A DNA stretch of 63,904 bases, filler included, from Octopus bimaculoides (lineage: Eukaryota), in assembly GCF_001194135.2 (NCBI RefSeq). It is 5 parts of 5 records of this genome, joined end to end, with 100 filler letters (N's around TTAATTAATTAA, not from the genome) between each part and the next. Parts side by side here need not be neighbours in the genome. Positions count along the whole stretch, not along the records: positions 45,290 to 59,634 come from NC_068996.1; positions 59,735 to 62,696 come from NC_068992.1; 3 more parts are not named here. One strand, given 5' to 3'. Positions 50,346 through 62,796 of this stretch are shown here, piece by piece (within the stretch, counting starts at the first letter, position 1; each line of letters begins with the position of its first letter). The notes beneath the pieces are model-generated. The model searched no databases and had not been told where the DNA came from. It was given only the letters and a program-made list of their open reading frames with translations. Both the position numbers and the translations under genes were made by a program.

Positions 50346-51456
50346 TTATCGATGTGTGGGTGTCNNNNNNNNNNNNNNNNNNNNNNNNNNNNNNNNNNNN
50401 NNNNNNNNNNNNNNNNNNNNNNNNNNNNNNNNNNNNNNNNNNNNNNNNNNNNNNNNNNNNNNNNNNNNNNNNNNNNNNNNNNNNNNNNNNNNNNNNNNNN
50501 NNNNNNNNNNNNNNNNNNNNNNNNNNNNNNNNNNNNNNNNNNNNNNNNNNNNNNNNNNNNNNNNNNNNNNNNNNNNNNNNNNNNNNNNNNNNNNNNNNNN
50601 NNNNNNNNNNNNNNNNNNNNNNNNNNNNNNNNNNNNNNNNNNNNNNNNNNNNNNNNNNNNNNNNNNNNNNNNNNNNNNNNNNNNNNNNNNNNNNNNNNNN
50701 NNNNNNNNNNNNNNNNNNNNNNNNNNNNNNNNNNNNNNNNNNNNNNNNNNNNNNNNNNNNNNNNNNNNNNNNNNNNNNNNNNNNNNNNNNNNNNNNNNNN
50801 NNNNNNNNNNNNNNNNNNNNNNNNNNNNNNNNNNNNNNNNNNNNNNNNNNNNNNNNNNNNNNNNNNNNNNNNNNNNNNNNNNNNNNNNNNNNNNNNNNNN
50901 NNNNNNNNNNNNNNNNNNNNNNNNNNNNNNNNNNNNNNNNNNNNNNNNNNNNNNNNNNNNNNNNNNNNNNNNNNNNNNNNNNNNNNNNNNNNNNNNNNNN
51001 NTATATATATATATATATATATATATGTGGCATCTTTTGTATTTTTTGTGAATTCCGCCTATATATATGTATGTATGTATGTATGTATGCATGTATGTAT
51101 GAATGTATCTAAATATGCATGTATTAATGTATGTATGTATTTATATAATAAGCTTCACTAAATGAAATTATGTACGTTATTATGTAATACCAATTTTTGT
51201 AAGTATGTATGCATATAAATAAATATGGATGTTTCTAATTGCGTATATTATCATTTACGCAAATATGTAAGCATGTATATATGTGAATATATGTATGTTT
51301 GTGTATGAAGGCATATGGACGAGAGATTTGTGAGTTGAGAGTTTCCTCGTATCTTAACATCGTAATTTCAACTCTTGAGCTGGATGGTACGTTGTGTGTG
51401 AGTAAATCGATATATTTCTTCTAACTTCAGTCTACGCCACTAAAAATGTGTAATAG

Positions 51457-51694
51457 GCTAGTTCTGGTGTAGCTTACTCAGCCTCTATCTGTTGCAATCT
51501 TTACTGTTCTGCTGGGTTAGAAGTGCAAGGGTCGAGAATATGCCTATGTCTGCGCGTAAAGGCACCGAAAACAATTAGTGAAAGCGTTGTATATAATTCC
51601 AAATCATACACAACTGCGACTGACGATGGTGGACGTCTGTATGCTTCTGTTTGTGCGCTTATTTCATCAAACACTATTTTTAAATCTAGAGACG
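51457..51694 (+). other. Candidate exon 1 (3' end firm, 5' end unknown) of an unrecognised spliced transcript
   Basis: Consensus donor ACG|GTAAGT at 51694/51695; frame open from 51457. Confidence 0.3.
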
Positions 51695-51708
51695 GTAAGT
51701 CCTCCCCT

Positions 51709-52300
51709 TCCTCCTCCTCTTTCTCTTCCTCCTCCTCTTTCTCTTCCTCCTCCTCTTTCTCTTCCTCCTCCTCTTTCTCTTCCTCCTCCTCTTTCTCTTC
51801 CTCCTCCTCTTTCTCTTCCTCCTCCTCTTTCTCTTNNNNNNNNNNNNNNNNNNNNNNNNNNNNNNNNNNNNNNNNNNNNNNNNNNNNNNNNNNNNNNNNN
51901 NNNNNNNNNNNNNNNNNNNNNNNNNNNNNNNNNNNNNNNNNNNNNNNNNNNNNNNNNNNNNNNNNNNNNNNNNNNNNNNNNNNNNNNNNNNNNNNNNNNN
52001 NNNNNNNNNNNNNNNNNNCTTCCTCCTCCTCTTTCTCTTCCTCCTCCTCTTTCTCTTCCTCCTCCCTTTTCTCCTCCTCCTCTTTCTCCTCCTCCTTTTT
52101 CTCCTCCTCCTCTTTCTCCTCCTCCTCTTTCTCCTCCTCCTATTTCTCCTCCTCCTCTTTCTCCTTTTCCCTTTTCCTCGTCCTCTTTCTGCTCTCCTCT
52201 TTCTCCTCCCCTTTCTCCTCCACTTCTTCCTCTTCCACTCTTCCTCCTCCACTTCCTCCACTTCCTCCTCTTCCTCTCACTCCTCTTCCTCCTCAACATC
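51709..52300. repeat. Polypyrimidine 18-bp minisatellite (CTCTTCCTCCTCCTCTTT)n and derivatives
   Basis: Direct tandem units on either side of an N gap. Confidence 0.9.
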
Positions 52301-52494
52301 ATCATCATGACCGTCATCGTCGTCGTCATCTTCACCGTCACCGTCATCGTCATCATTGTCATCGTCAGCGTCATTAACATTGTCATCATCATCCTCATGA
52401 CCATCACCGTCGTCATCGTCGTCATCATCATCTTCGTTATCGACGCCGTTATGATTATGATTATTATTATTGTTGTTGTTGATGTTGTTTTTAT

Positions 52495-52496
52495 TA

Positions 52497-52563
<67 letters not shown>
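52495..52563. repeat. (TAT)n microsatellite
   Basis: Direct run. Confidence 0.95.
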
Positions 52564-52565
<2 letters not shown>

Positions 52566-52962
52566 GTTTTGTTTCGGATTGATATGATTGGAAGGAGAAA
52601 TGGATGCCATCGTGTTTAAATTATCAATCAATTAATCTGTACCGTATGATGCACTGGTGGCTACCTTGTCTGTTTCTCTGTTATCAGTTTGTGTGTCTGT
52701 GTTGAAATGTAGATATTCCACTTCACGCTGGTCACTTGTTTACTTGCTGCGGAAATATTGGTAATTCTTGAAACAAGTCATAACGCTGGCGGCATTTTCA
52801 CGAAGAATTGCTATTGAAATTTGCTGAAACAACCAAGAATTTTCTCTTTTATTCTTCGCAAGTGGTAACGCGATGAAGACCAAGCTGCTTTAGGCAGACG
52901 CCGGTTGAAGGAACATTTTAGATGCTATGTTTACACATTGTGTTCAGTTTTATTATTTGCAG

Positions 52963-52994
52963 CTCTAAGGAAGAACAGAAGAAGCCAAAGATGG
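52963..52994 (+). CDS. Candidate 32-nt micro-exon
   Basis: ttttattatttgcag|CTCTAAGG...AGATGG|gtaact; phase 1 to phase 0, (A)LRKNRRSQRW. Confidence 0.35.
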
Positions 52995-53873
52995 GTAACT
53001 TTACGCTGTCACTTGTTATAAGTCCAACCAAACTAACTATTCCTGTTGTCTTGAAAGTGAAAATTCTAATTGGATGATAAACCATAGGAGAGAATGATCA
53101 CGGCTGGAATGTCTTTGATCATAGATAACCTGGGGCTAAACAACAATTTTAACCGAACAGATATAACTGTGCCTCTACAGCATATAATCTATCCTTCCTA
53201 TATTGTTGTTTCCAATCTATTCAGCTCTGACAGAGTAGTGCCATGATTAAAGACGCTCCAGTTTTATGATTATATAGGACTTGATTTGGAGGGTATCTCT
53301 ATACTAAGGCAGGAGAATATGATTTGAGGGAGTTTTGTTTTGCTTGCTAGTTCTAACAGGTCAAATGATCACTTAGAAGTAGCTACCTTTGGTTTGTCTC
53401 AGTTCTGTGTTGAAATATATAATATTCGCTGATCTTATCCATACATAAAAAGATGAAAGATTTCTGATTCTTATCTGGATTACAGCTCGGTATAAAGCAG
53501 TATATTCCATATATGAAAACATATCGATCCTTTACATTTGATATTTTAACTGATTTACATTTGTTATATATTGACATTTACTGTTATATCGATATGAATG
53601 GCTGTGTTGATAAAAAAGCGTGATACTACATCGAAGAATTGCAAATGCATTTTCTTTCACCGACAACGGAATTTCGTCACTTGCCAACGCATTTAATTGT
53701 CAATAGTCCAGTCTGTCTTGTTGTAGGCAGGTATCATTGCATTGTATAGTTCATAGTACTCTGTCCATGACTAACATATTTAACAGTTAACAGCCCAGTC
53801 TATCTGGCTGCAGGTAGGTACCATGTGTGCGTATGTGTGTATACATATATATATATATGTATATATAATATAC

Positions 53874-53912
<39 letters not shown>

Positions 53913-54659
53913 NNNNNNNNNNNNNNNNNNNNNNNNNNNNNNNNNNNNNNNNNNNNNNNNNNNNNNNNNNNNNNNNNNNNNNNNNNNNNNNNNNNNNNNN
54001 NNNNNNNNNNNNNNNNNNNNNNNNNNNNNNNNNNNNNNNNNNNNNNNNNNNNNNNNNNNNNNNNNNNNNNNNNNNNNNNNNNNNNNNNNNNNNNNNNNNN
54101 NNNNNNNTATATATATATATATACATATGATCTCACCCATTGATGGATGTATTTAATCAACACCCATTCATGCAATTGCGTATCTTGTCTTCCTTTCTAC
54201 CGATCATTTTTCAAAGAAGTAATAAGTTAATGTAATAAAGCGACGCTAAAAGACATGCTAATAGAAACTCGTAATGAAAGATGAAACACTTCAAACATTA
54301 TCAATGACTTGTTGGTAACAATAATGAAAAATGAAAAATAAATGGTGTTGACATAAGACCGCCATATTGAGCAGTTATTCTGAGGGGGAAAAAAAGGAAG
54401 AAAATAACAATACAGAATAAACCTCACTCAACAAGTCAAAGCTGTACAACAATTATATTACCACAATTCTATTAGTATATCTTCACTTCCATACATTATT
54501 TATTCCACTTCGAGATAGCGAAAGAAACTGTAATCTGATTTTAGTTTGTACCATGTCCAGCTCCATCAGTATTTGTTATTCACCAAACGAATGTAATTGT
54601 GATCGTTGTCGTCGCCGTTCATTTAGTTTTTTTTTCTTTCTTACTTATTAATGTTTTAG

Positions 54660-54744
54660 TCAAGAAAGAAGGCTGTGCGTACCATTTACAAGTCTCTGAG
54701 ACTGGCTAAAATGAAACTATCCTTAAGCCAGAAACCTGTCCAGA
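54660..54744 (+). CDS. Candidate 85-nt exon
   Basis: Long pyrimidine tract...gttttag|TCAAGA...CCAGA|gtaagt; open in phase 0: SRKKAVRTIYKSLRLAKMKLSLSQKPVQ. Confidence 0.4.
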
Positions 54745-55500
54745 GTAAGTGTAGCAGAGTGGACTTCGCCAAAAGTACTTAGGTTATTATGTCGTGGTGT
54801 TAAAGTGGGTGATTGTGTCTTCCACCAAAAAGAATGTTGTTTTAACTCTAGCTTAACCTTCAGTGCATAAACATAGGATCAAGGACGTTCTAGCCGCCAT
54901 TACTGCATCTGTTTCCACATAGTACATATAACTATGTATGAGCGAATGAGTCATTAAATATTTACTCTTTTAGAAAAAGGAAAAAAAGTGAAGAGTGTGA
55001 TTTGAGAGAGATTTGGCTGCTACTTTAAGCATATGGAGTAACTACATAGAATATCCTTTCATTAGTTTATCAATTTTCGCTGTTTTTGCTGTTGCTGCTG
55101 TAATTGATGTTGTTGCTACTGCTAGTTTTTCTTTTTGTTGTTGCTGTTATTGTTGGAGATGATGTTGATATTGTTCCAGCTGTTGTTTTTTCGCTGCAGA
55201 TATTGTTGCTGCTGCTGTTATTGTTGTTGTTGTTATATAACAATCCAGCTGAGATGAAGCTGAAGTATGACAACAAAACGGTTGTTCTGTGATTATGAGT
55301 GTCATTGTTTCTAATCGTACCGACTCTGCGCCCAGTTCAATTCAGCAACAAACCTCTAATTTTCACAGAAAGAAACATTTGCAACAAACGCGAGAAAAAA
55401 AAAATCGGTGGAACTGACATTGCGAAACTTATAGGATTCATTACCCAATTCCAAACAGGTAAAACTAATGAGGATCACATCCAGGATCTTTTTTCTTTCC

Positions 55501-55810
55501 CTAGTTTCAGTCATTAGACTGCGACCATGTTGGGGCACCACCTTGAAAATTTTTTAGCCGAACGAATCGACCCCGTTATTCCTTTTCTGTTTTAGACCTT
55601 GTACTTGTTCTATCAGTTTCTTTTGCTAAACTACAAAGTTTAGGAGACGTAAGCAAACCAACACCGGATATCAAGCGTCTGGGCGGGGGTCAGGCGCAAA
55701 GACAAAAACACACAGACACAGACAGAGACACACACAGAGTCACACACGTAGTGACATACGCAGACATAGATACACACACACACATACACACAAACACACA
55801 CATAGAATTT
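55501..55810 (-). mobile_element. SINE family B tail plus internal (CA)-type microsatellite
   Basis: tttcagtcattagactgcgaccatgttggggcaccaccttg...gaatcgacccc...caaaccaacaccggatatcaagcg. Confidence 0.85.
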
Positions 55811-55966
55811 ACAATTTAAAGGAAAAGTCCAGGGGAATATTTACAATGAAGCTAAATGTTAAGTGTCTGAGGATTTAAATCCGGGATAGTAAGTCGTATT
55901 TAATAGAAAATAAGGAATTTGAACAAGGTCACGAATTCTCGGGATGATGTTAATCCATTTATTTCT

Positions 55967-56209
55967 GATGCATTCCAAAATGTCCGACAGGATATATGAT
56001 AGTCAGTAATGCATCAATCTCACCAGGAAGGATATAAATAACAAACTCATCAAACAGATATGTTAACAGAAATAGAAAGTCGTAGGTTACATTTTATAGG
56101 ACATTCTATTTCTCTCAACATGTCTGTTTGATTAGCTTGTTATTTATACCCTTCCTGATGAGATTGATGCATTGATGACCATATCCTGCCGGATATTTTG
56201 GACTGCATC
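55967..56209. mobile_element. Long foldback hairpin (about 115-bp arms, about 12-nt loop)
   Basis: gatgcattccaaaatgtccgacaggatat...aatgcatcaatctcaccaggaagg...aatagaaagtcgta pairs with taggacattctatt...ggatattttggactgcatc. Confidence 0.88.
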
Positions 56210-56549
56210 CCTCGTAACATATGTAGAAGAATTCAAGATATAAATGGTTTAACAACATCCTGAGAGTTCGTCTCCTTATTCAATTTTCCCATGTATATAT
56301 ATATATATATNNNNNNNNNNNNNNNNNNNNNNNNNNNNNNNNNNNNNNNNNNNNNNNNNNNNNNNNNNNNNNNNNNNNNNNNNNNNNNNNNNNNNNNNNN
56401 NNNNNNNNNNNNNNNNNNNNNNNNNNNNNNNNNNNNNNNNNNNNNNNNNNNNNNNNNNNNNNNNNNNNNNNNNNNNNNNNNNNNNNNNNNNNNNNNNNNN
56501 NNNNNNNNNNNNNNNNTATATGTATGTATGTATGTGTGTGTGTATGTAT

Positions 56550-56700
56550 GTCTATAGACACGACGGGCTTCGTTCAGATTTCCTCTAGCAAATCCACTCA
56601 CAAGGGATTTGGTCAATCAGAGGCTATAGTAGGTGCCATGCAGTGTGACTGAGCCCGGAACCATATGGTTGGGAAACAATCATCTTACCACACAGCTCCT
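56550..56700 (-). mobile_element. SINE family B head (tRNA-like)
   Basis: Minus strand gctgtgtggtaag...cccaaccatatggttccgggctcagtcacactgcatggcacc...gtgagtggatttg...gaagcccgtcgt. Confidence 0.8.
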
Positions 56701-57070
56701 TTGGAAACCCTGGAAGTGATTGAGCCAGTGTATCCAACAACAAGATTTTATACAGAGCGAACTCTGTTACATGTACCCAGAAAACAAACAAACGCTTTGA
56801 ATGAGAGCCATGTTAGAATCAATAGTTAATACTATCAGTTTCCGTGAGGCATTTTTCAGTTTAGAAAACGATATTTGTAAAAGACCTACTTCCAACTACA
56901 AAACTAATAATAGTAATGAAAAGATTCAAAGGAACCAAAATTACGAAGCCATTGCAATTCACTTAAATAATTATGAGATGATGATGATGATGATGATGGT
57001 GGTGTTGGTGGTGGTGGTGACGACGACGAAAACAACAACAACAACAGCAGCAATAGCAACAATTATATCA

Positions 57071-57140
57071 GGTTTTGACACTAGGCTACCAGCTTTGGGA
57101 AGAGGGGGCAAGTCGATTACATCAACCTGAAAAGATGAAA
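57071..57140 (-). mobile_element. SINE family A 3' fragment
   Basis: ttttgacactaggc.accagctttgggaagagggggcaagtcgattacatc. Confidence 0.6.
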
Positions 57141-57227
57141 GGATGAAAGGCAAAACACGTAAAGAGCAGGAAGAAACGCCGTTTACCGTTTTGTCCGACG
57201 TGCTAACGATTTTGCCAATACACCTAT

Positions 57228-57291
57228 AACAACAACAACAATGACGACGATGACGACGACAACGGTGATGGTGATGATGATGATGATGCTG

Positions 57292-57358
<67 letters not shown>

Positions 57359-57438
57359 TATAATAATAATTATAATAATTATTATTATTATTATCATTAT
57401 TATTATTATTATTATTATTGTTGTTGTTGTTGTTGTTG

Positions 57439-57469
<31 letters not shown>

Positions 57470-57483
57470 CATTATTATTATCA

Positions 57484-57531
<48 letters not shown>
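57228..57531. repeat. Compound (AAC)(GAT)(AAT)-(ATT)(GTT)(ATT) microsatellite
   Basis: Direct runs with a strand switch near 57375. Confidence 0.95.
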
Positions 57532-57532
<1 letters not shown>

Positions 57533-57568
57533 CGAGATGAATGTACATTTCAATTGCTCTTTTGTCAG

Positions 57569-57678
57569 AAATAAAGCAATTTTTGCAATATTATATTACA
57601 AAATTCCGACAGACAATTAAAATAACTACCAGCAATGCATCAAACATGGGAAAAGAACTAGTCCATTGTTCCAAATAG
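57569..57678 (+). CDS. Candidate terminal coding exon
   Basis: ttgctcttttgtcag|AA ATA AAG...AAA TAG; phase-1 compatible with the exon at 54660-54744; 35 sense codons, then a stop. Confidence 0.3.
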
Positions 57679-58291
57679 CTCACAGAAAGTGTTTTTTTTG
57701 TTTTGTTTTTTGTAATTAATATAAACCCGAAGAAGTATAAAAATACGAGCAAAACATGGAACAATTGATAAAACAGAGAAAATTTCCAACATCCAGAAAA
57801 TTCTATTTCTTTAAAATAATTATAAGATTCTTGTCCATAACACCGATGTTAACTTGCCTAATAAAAATATGACAGTTGTGAAAACCAATTTAGCAATAAA
57901 GACCCGCGGAGCATTAAGCTTCGACTTTACAATGACTGATTGTTGAAGGTTTATCTTTTTATTGCGAAATGTATCGAAACTAAAAAACAATTCAACGAAT
58001 ATTCTTTGTTCCATTTTCGGTATGCAATAAAACCAAAATTTGCAACAGTGACGTCATCGACTTTATCATAAATGTCAGTATTAATTCAATATTACTAACA
58101 TAAAGGCAAGAAATTACCAAAAAATGGATTTCATACCAGTTTTTGGTTGAAACTTTGTCAACTTTCACTTGCTATTACATTTTTCCTATTCGGCAGATGA
58201 AAAAAATAATCGATTTTAGATCCACGATTTAGAGCAAAATTCTGGCGAAGAAAATCTACACTTAGAATGAATTCACTGTATTGGTATATGT

Positions 58292-58326
<35 letters not shown>

Positions 58327-58425
58327 GATTTGTACATATACATATAACGTGTTGTTTAAAAATCCGCTCTCCTTTTATCGAAGCTAAATTTTAAGCACTT
58401 TGATAACTAACTTCAGTCTGCCCTT

Positions 58426-58436
58426 TGCGCATGCGC
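58426..58436. promoter_or_regulatory. NRF1-like TGCGCATGCGC motif
   Basis: Motif match only; about 90 nt upstream of a mariner remnant. Confidence 0.3.
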
Positions 58437-58524
58437 TCTAGTCAGGTACTTAACACCTGAACGTATTTCGACGTGAACTTGCGACGAGGCAGTTGTATTT
58501 TGTGTACTTGGGATTACTCTAAAA

Positions 58525-58830
58525 ATGAAGAGCCAAAACGAACAGTATTGATACCTCGTGTAATTTTTTTAATTTTAAAAATGGAAAGGAAGCGATAGAA
58601 ACCTACAGGAAGATATGCAGTGTACGGAGAGATTTCTATTCGGGAATGTATGTGCCGGAAGTCTTTTTTGGTTCAAGATACACCTCATTCTGACTGGTCT
58701 GCTTAAATTAACACTCGTTATACGACTAGGATGATCACAATCATTCCTGACATATCCAAATTGTGTTTCGATAATTATCTGCATCAATTTGATACAGCAA
58801 CAGGTTCGATGTTTGTGGCCCACAGCTATT
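58525..58830 (+). mobile_element. Heavily decayed mariner transposase 5' part
   Basis: MKSQNEQY..FNFKNGKEAIETYRKIC.VYGE..IRECMCRK...QDTPHS and a DVWVPHEL-like remnant (gatgtttgtggcccacagcta). Confidence 0.65.
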
Positions 58831-58864
58831 AAATTAGCCTCGCTCAATATGTATTTACATGTGT

Positions 58865-58911
<47 letters not shown>

Positions 58912-59603
58912 TGCGTGCGCGTGCGCGTGCTGCGCCCATTTTGAATAATTTTAAATATATTTGTTTATTATCCATCTGGTGTAGTTGCGAAAAGTATAAA
59001 AGGCTTTAATACTGCAAAACTTTGTTGAATATTTTTAATCTCCGTACTTAGATTAACTGCCATTGATTTCATCTGTCTCTAGCTCTGATAAATCTTCTGC
59101 GGAGAAAAAATATTCAAGTTCAATCTACAGTTAGTTTAGTACTAGGTAGCTATTTAAAATGAATACAAGTTCGGACAACGTTAGATTGGCTCGTCTAACG
59201 GGTATATGTCGTAGTGTATATATATATATTTAGTTATGTTAAGGGCATTACTATACATAAATGCCTCACGCTAGGAGGGACTCTTAAAGTCAAAACTACC
59301 ATAATAAACACATTTTACCGAACACGAGGGAATGCAACTCTGGAAGCAAGCCTCTTAAAATCAGTCTCAGCTGTATATCATATGATTTCGTAATTAGTGC
59401 ACAAAATGCATTTTTTTAATCATCAGTACAAGCATAGTCAAAACATATAAAACTAAACAAAAATCAACACACCAGACGAACACCACATGAATCCAGCATA
59501 GTACATAGAACTTGTTTATATATTTATAGGGAATAATAAATAAATTTTTCCCTAATGAGGTTTTTCACGCTAACTACTTGATAAATTCTTATAAAGATAT
59601 TAT

Positions 59604-59634
<31 letters not shown>

Positions 59635-59734
59635 NNNNNNNNNNNNNNNNNNNNNNNNNNNNNNNNNNNNNNNNNNNNTTAATTAATTAANNNNNNNNNN
59701 NNNNNNNNNNNNNNNNNNNNNNNNNNNNNNNNNN
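59635..59734. other. Artificial contig-join linker
   Basis: N44-TTAATTAATTAA-N44. Confidence 0.95.
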
Positions 59735-61749
59735 TATATATATATATATATTGAGATATTGATGACGAGAAGATCAGATGCATTTTGTCCTGTTGAATCT
59801 TGCCAATGCGGTACAGTTACAGACAACTACTTTACTTAGACGAGATTTGCGACCTGCGATAGATAAGAAAACAATCAAAAACATTCGTTGATATTGCAAA
59901 GTGCCGCCTGGCTGAATTAAAACTTGTCCTATTGCATAAAATTATAAATGAATATGCTTTTATTATGTAAAAATGACATGTATGTTTTCGTCCTCACGAA
60001 ATATTTTTGATATGAATAAACCTCTTATGAATATTTTTTTTTTTTGTAGGTGTAGTTCTAAATTTCTGCAAGTTCTAAATTTCCGATGGTAACAAAAGCC
60101 TTCTGGTCATGACATGTACATAATAATTACAATACTATGACACATCTGGGGGCATCGCTATTAGAATATTGTTTAGTGTGAAACAGAATATATCAAATAT
60201 TAATGATGAGACTATAAGAAAAATAAATGTTTAACCAAATGTATACTTGCAGACAATGAAATCAACAATCACAGCCAAAGTATTAATGCAAACATTTCCT
60301 GTGTTAGTCTGTTAATGTAGATTAAACAAATGCTACTAAACGAACAACTTGTCTTCTTAGTTATTGCCAATCTGTGAGGAATAGTAGGTTATTATTGCCT
60401 TATTAGGAACAAAGACTCTATTTGAAAACAGAATGATAAAGAATACAAAACTAAGAATGTATAAGAGACCTGAGGAACGGAAATACAGATTGTAAATATC
60501 CTGGAAGACATGTTTTAACCTGAAAATTTTCTCCAAAATATGACACATCAATCATTTCCATTTGTATTTTGGTAAACAAATTTGATCGGAGAATATCAGG
60601 ATATTCCCATGAGCGCACACGGAGTCTTACCGAATATTAACAAATCATGATATATGAATATTCTCTAAAAATAAAAAAATAAAATTAACATCTATCAATG
60701 TCTACAAATATTGATATATAATATGAATATATTTCAATGAGGAAACGTACTTTCTCATATACACACATGTTAATGTAATATATTCCTAACAAATTTTTAA
60801 GTTCTTTTATTTGACCAGAAGTGTTGTATGTCTATTTCATCTGCCAGTATTGGAAACTAAATTTTTAAAGATTTATATAAGAAGGATGGATTTACGTATG
60901 AGCACAATACAAGGGGCGCTACTTTTAGTAGACGCTAAACAAGATAGGGAAAATGGCGCCCCGAGGCAAACAAACCTTACAATGAACACACACAATATTC
61001 TAATGTGGAAAGTACACATCTGGGAATGAATTGAGTTTATATGATAATGAGAATCTATGCAAAAGTGTATAAATCTGTAGCTCTATGAACATTTACATCA
61101 TGTATGTAAGTCTATATGCAAGGATGCCTCCTAGAAATCATATGAAAATATGAAAAGCTGCCGATTAAACGTGATGAGAGGTTACCATGTAGAAATACAA
61201 GCAATAAAGATTTTTCAAGTATTCTCCAGTAGATCTCTTGAAAATAAACAATACATGTGTAAATAAACAAAATAAAGGATGATACATGTACTATCTCTTT
61301 CAAATTGCATGGCTTAAAGAATTATGAAAAGGAAATTTATGAAACTTATGGAAAGCAAGTTTGAACCTAAGGGATTTCTGGCATATAACAAAAAAAAAAA
61401 TATATAAAATAAAACCTACGCGGTAATTCGTTCGTCGCTCACCTCAGGATGCTGGTTACATCTCTTGTAATAATAGTACTAGTAAAAACAGCAGTAGCCA
61501 CACCACCAACACTATTTTTACTACTTCTAATGCTACTATTAATAATAATAATGATAATAGTAGCAACAACAACGACAATGATAATAATAATGATAGTAAT
61601 AATTCTGTATATTATGCTGTGTGAGTATATAATTTTCCCCTGGTTACTCGAACACACGAACTTTCCTTTTTCATGACCAATGAAATTTTTAAAGTACTTC
61701 AGGCTATATTGCCGTCGAGCCAAAATTCAAAATTCAAAACGCAGAACAA

Positions 61750-62300
61750 TCTGGATTATCTAAAGCTTTTCAAGACAGATGACCAATAACTAGAACGCAT
61801 TTTAACTATATTAAAACAATTCAGTAACGATACTGGAATGGACTACGGACTTCATAAATGGACTAAAGTTATATCCGTCAAGTGAAAACTTCCGAAATGT
61901 AAAAACATGCAAATGGACAAGTCTAGCATTATGAAGAAATTAGATCCTGAAAAAAATTTACAAATATTTGCGTGTATCTAAATGGAATGGCATCCAGAAT
62001 CCATAAATCCGCAAGCAATAAAAATAAAGCACGAAAAGAATGTTACTGTAGAGTTAGAGATGCCATAAAGAGCGAGCTTAATGCGAGAGACAGGATTGAA
62101 ATGATCAATACCTTAGCTACACGTGTTGCGACCTATAGTTAGAACGCCATAAAATTGTCCATCATCGAGATCAGAGAAAATGATATAAAAATACACAAGC
62201 CACTCACACTTCACTGCATGCAGCATCCAAAGAAAAATGTAGATAGATTATACATTCTCAAAAGGATGGAGGGGCGTGTAATGGTGCATGTTTGTTTGTG
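61750..62300 (+). mobile_element. R4/Dong-clade non-LTR retrotransposon RT fragment, decayed
   Basis: DYLKLF...LKQFSNDTGMDYGLHKW...YKYL...RKECYCRVR..SELNARDRIEMINTLA...HPKKNVDRLYI..EGR resembles DDLKLY...FSDDIGMEFGLDKC...HHPKADVDRLYLPRKEGGRG. Confidence 0.8.
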
Positions 62301-62696
62301 GGCAGAAAGATACGAAAAGAGTGAGAAGTGAATTCCGGAGATGTTGCTTAATCTATGACGAACACGTAACTCATATTTCATAATTTTTTTCGCTGCCATA
62401 TAACTTACAGCATTCCTGGCAAAACTCAGATAGGTGCAGATACAGCACATGCAAACAGCGACTATCACACAAACACACACAAAGCCCTATTCCTGTATAA
62501 ATATTAAAACACAGAGATGTTTAAATGTGTATAACATATTCTATCCATCGATCTGTCTGTCTATTTGCCTGCGTTTCTATATATCTATTAATCTATATGT
62601 ATGTAAGTATATATATACTTACATACATACATATTATATATATAAATATATTATATATATTATATACATATTATATATATATATATATATATATAT

Positions 62697-62796
62697 NNNN
62701 NNNNNNNNNNNNNNNNNNNNNNNNNNNNNNNNNNNNNNNNTTAATTAATTAANNNNNNNNNNNNNNNNNNNNNNNNNNNNNNNNNNNNNNNNNNNN
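62697..62796. other. Artificial contig-join linker
   Basis: N44-TTAATTAATTAA-N44. Confidence 0.95.
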
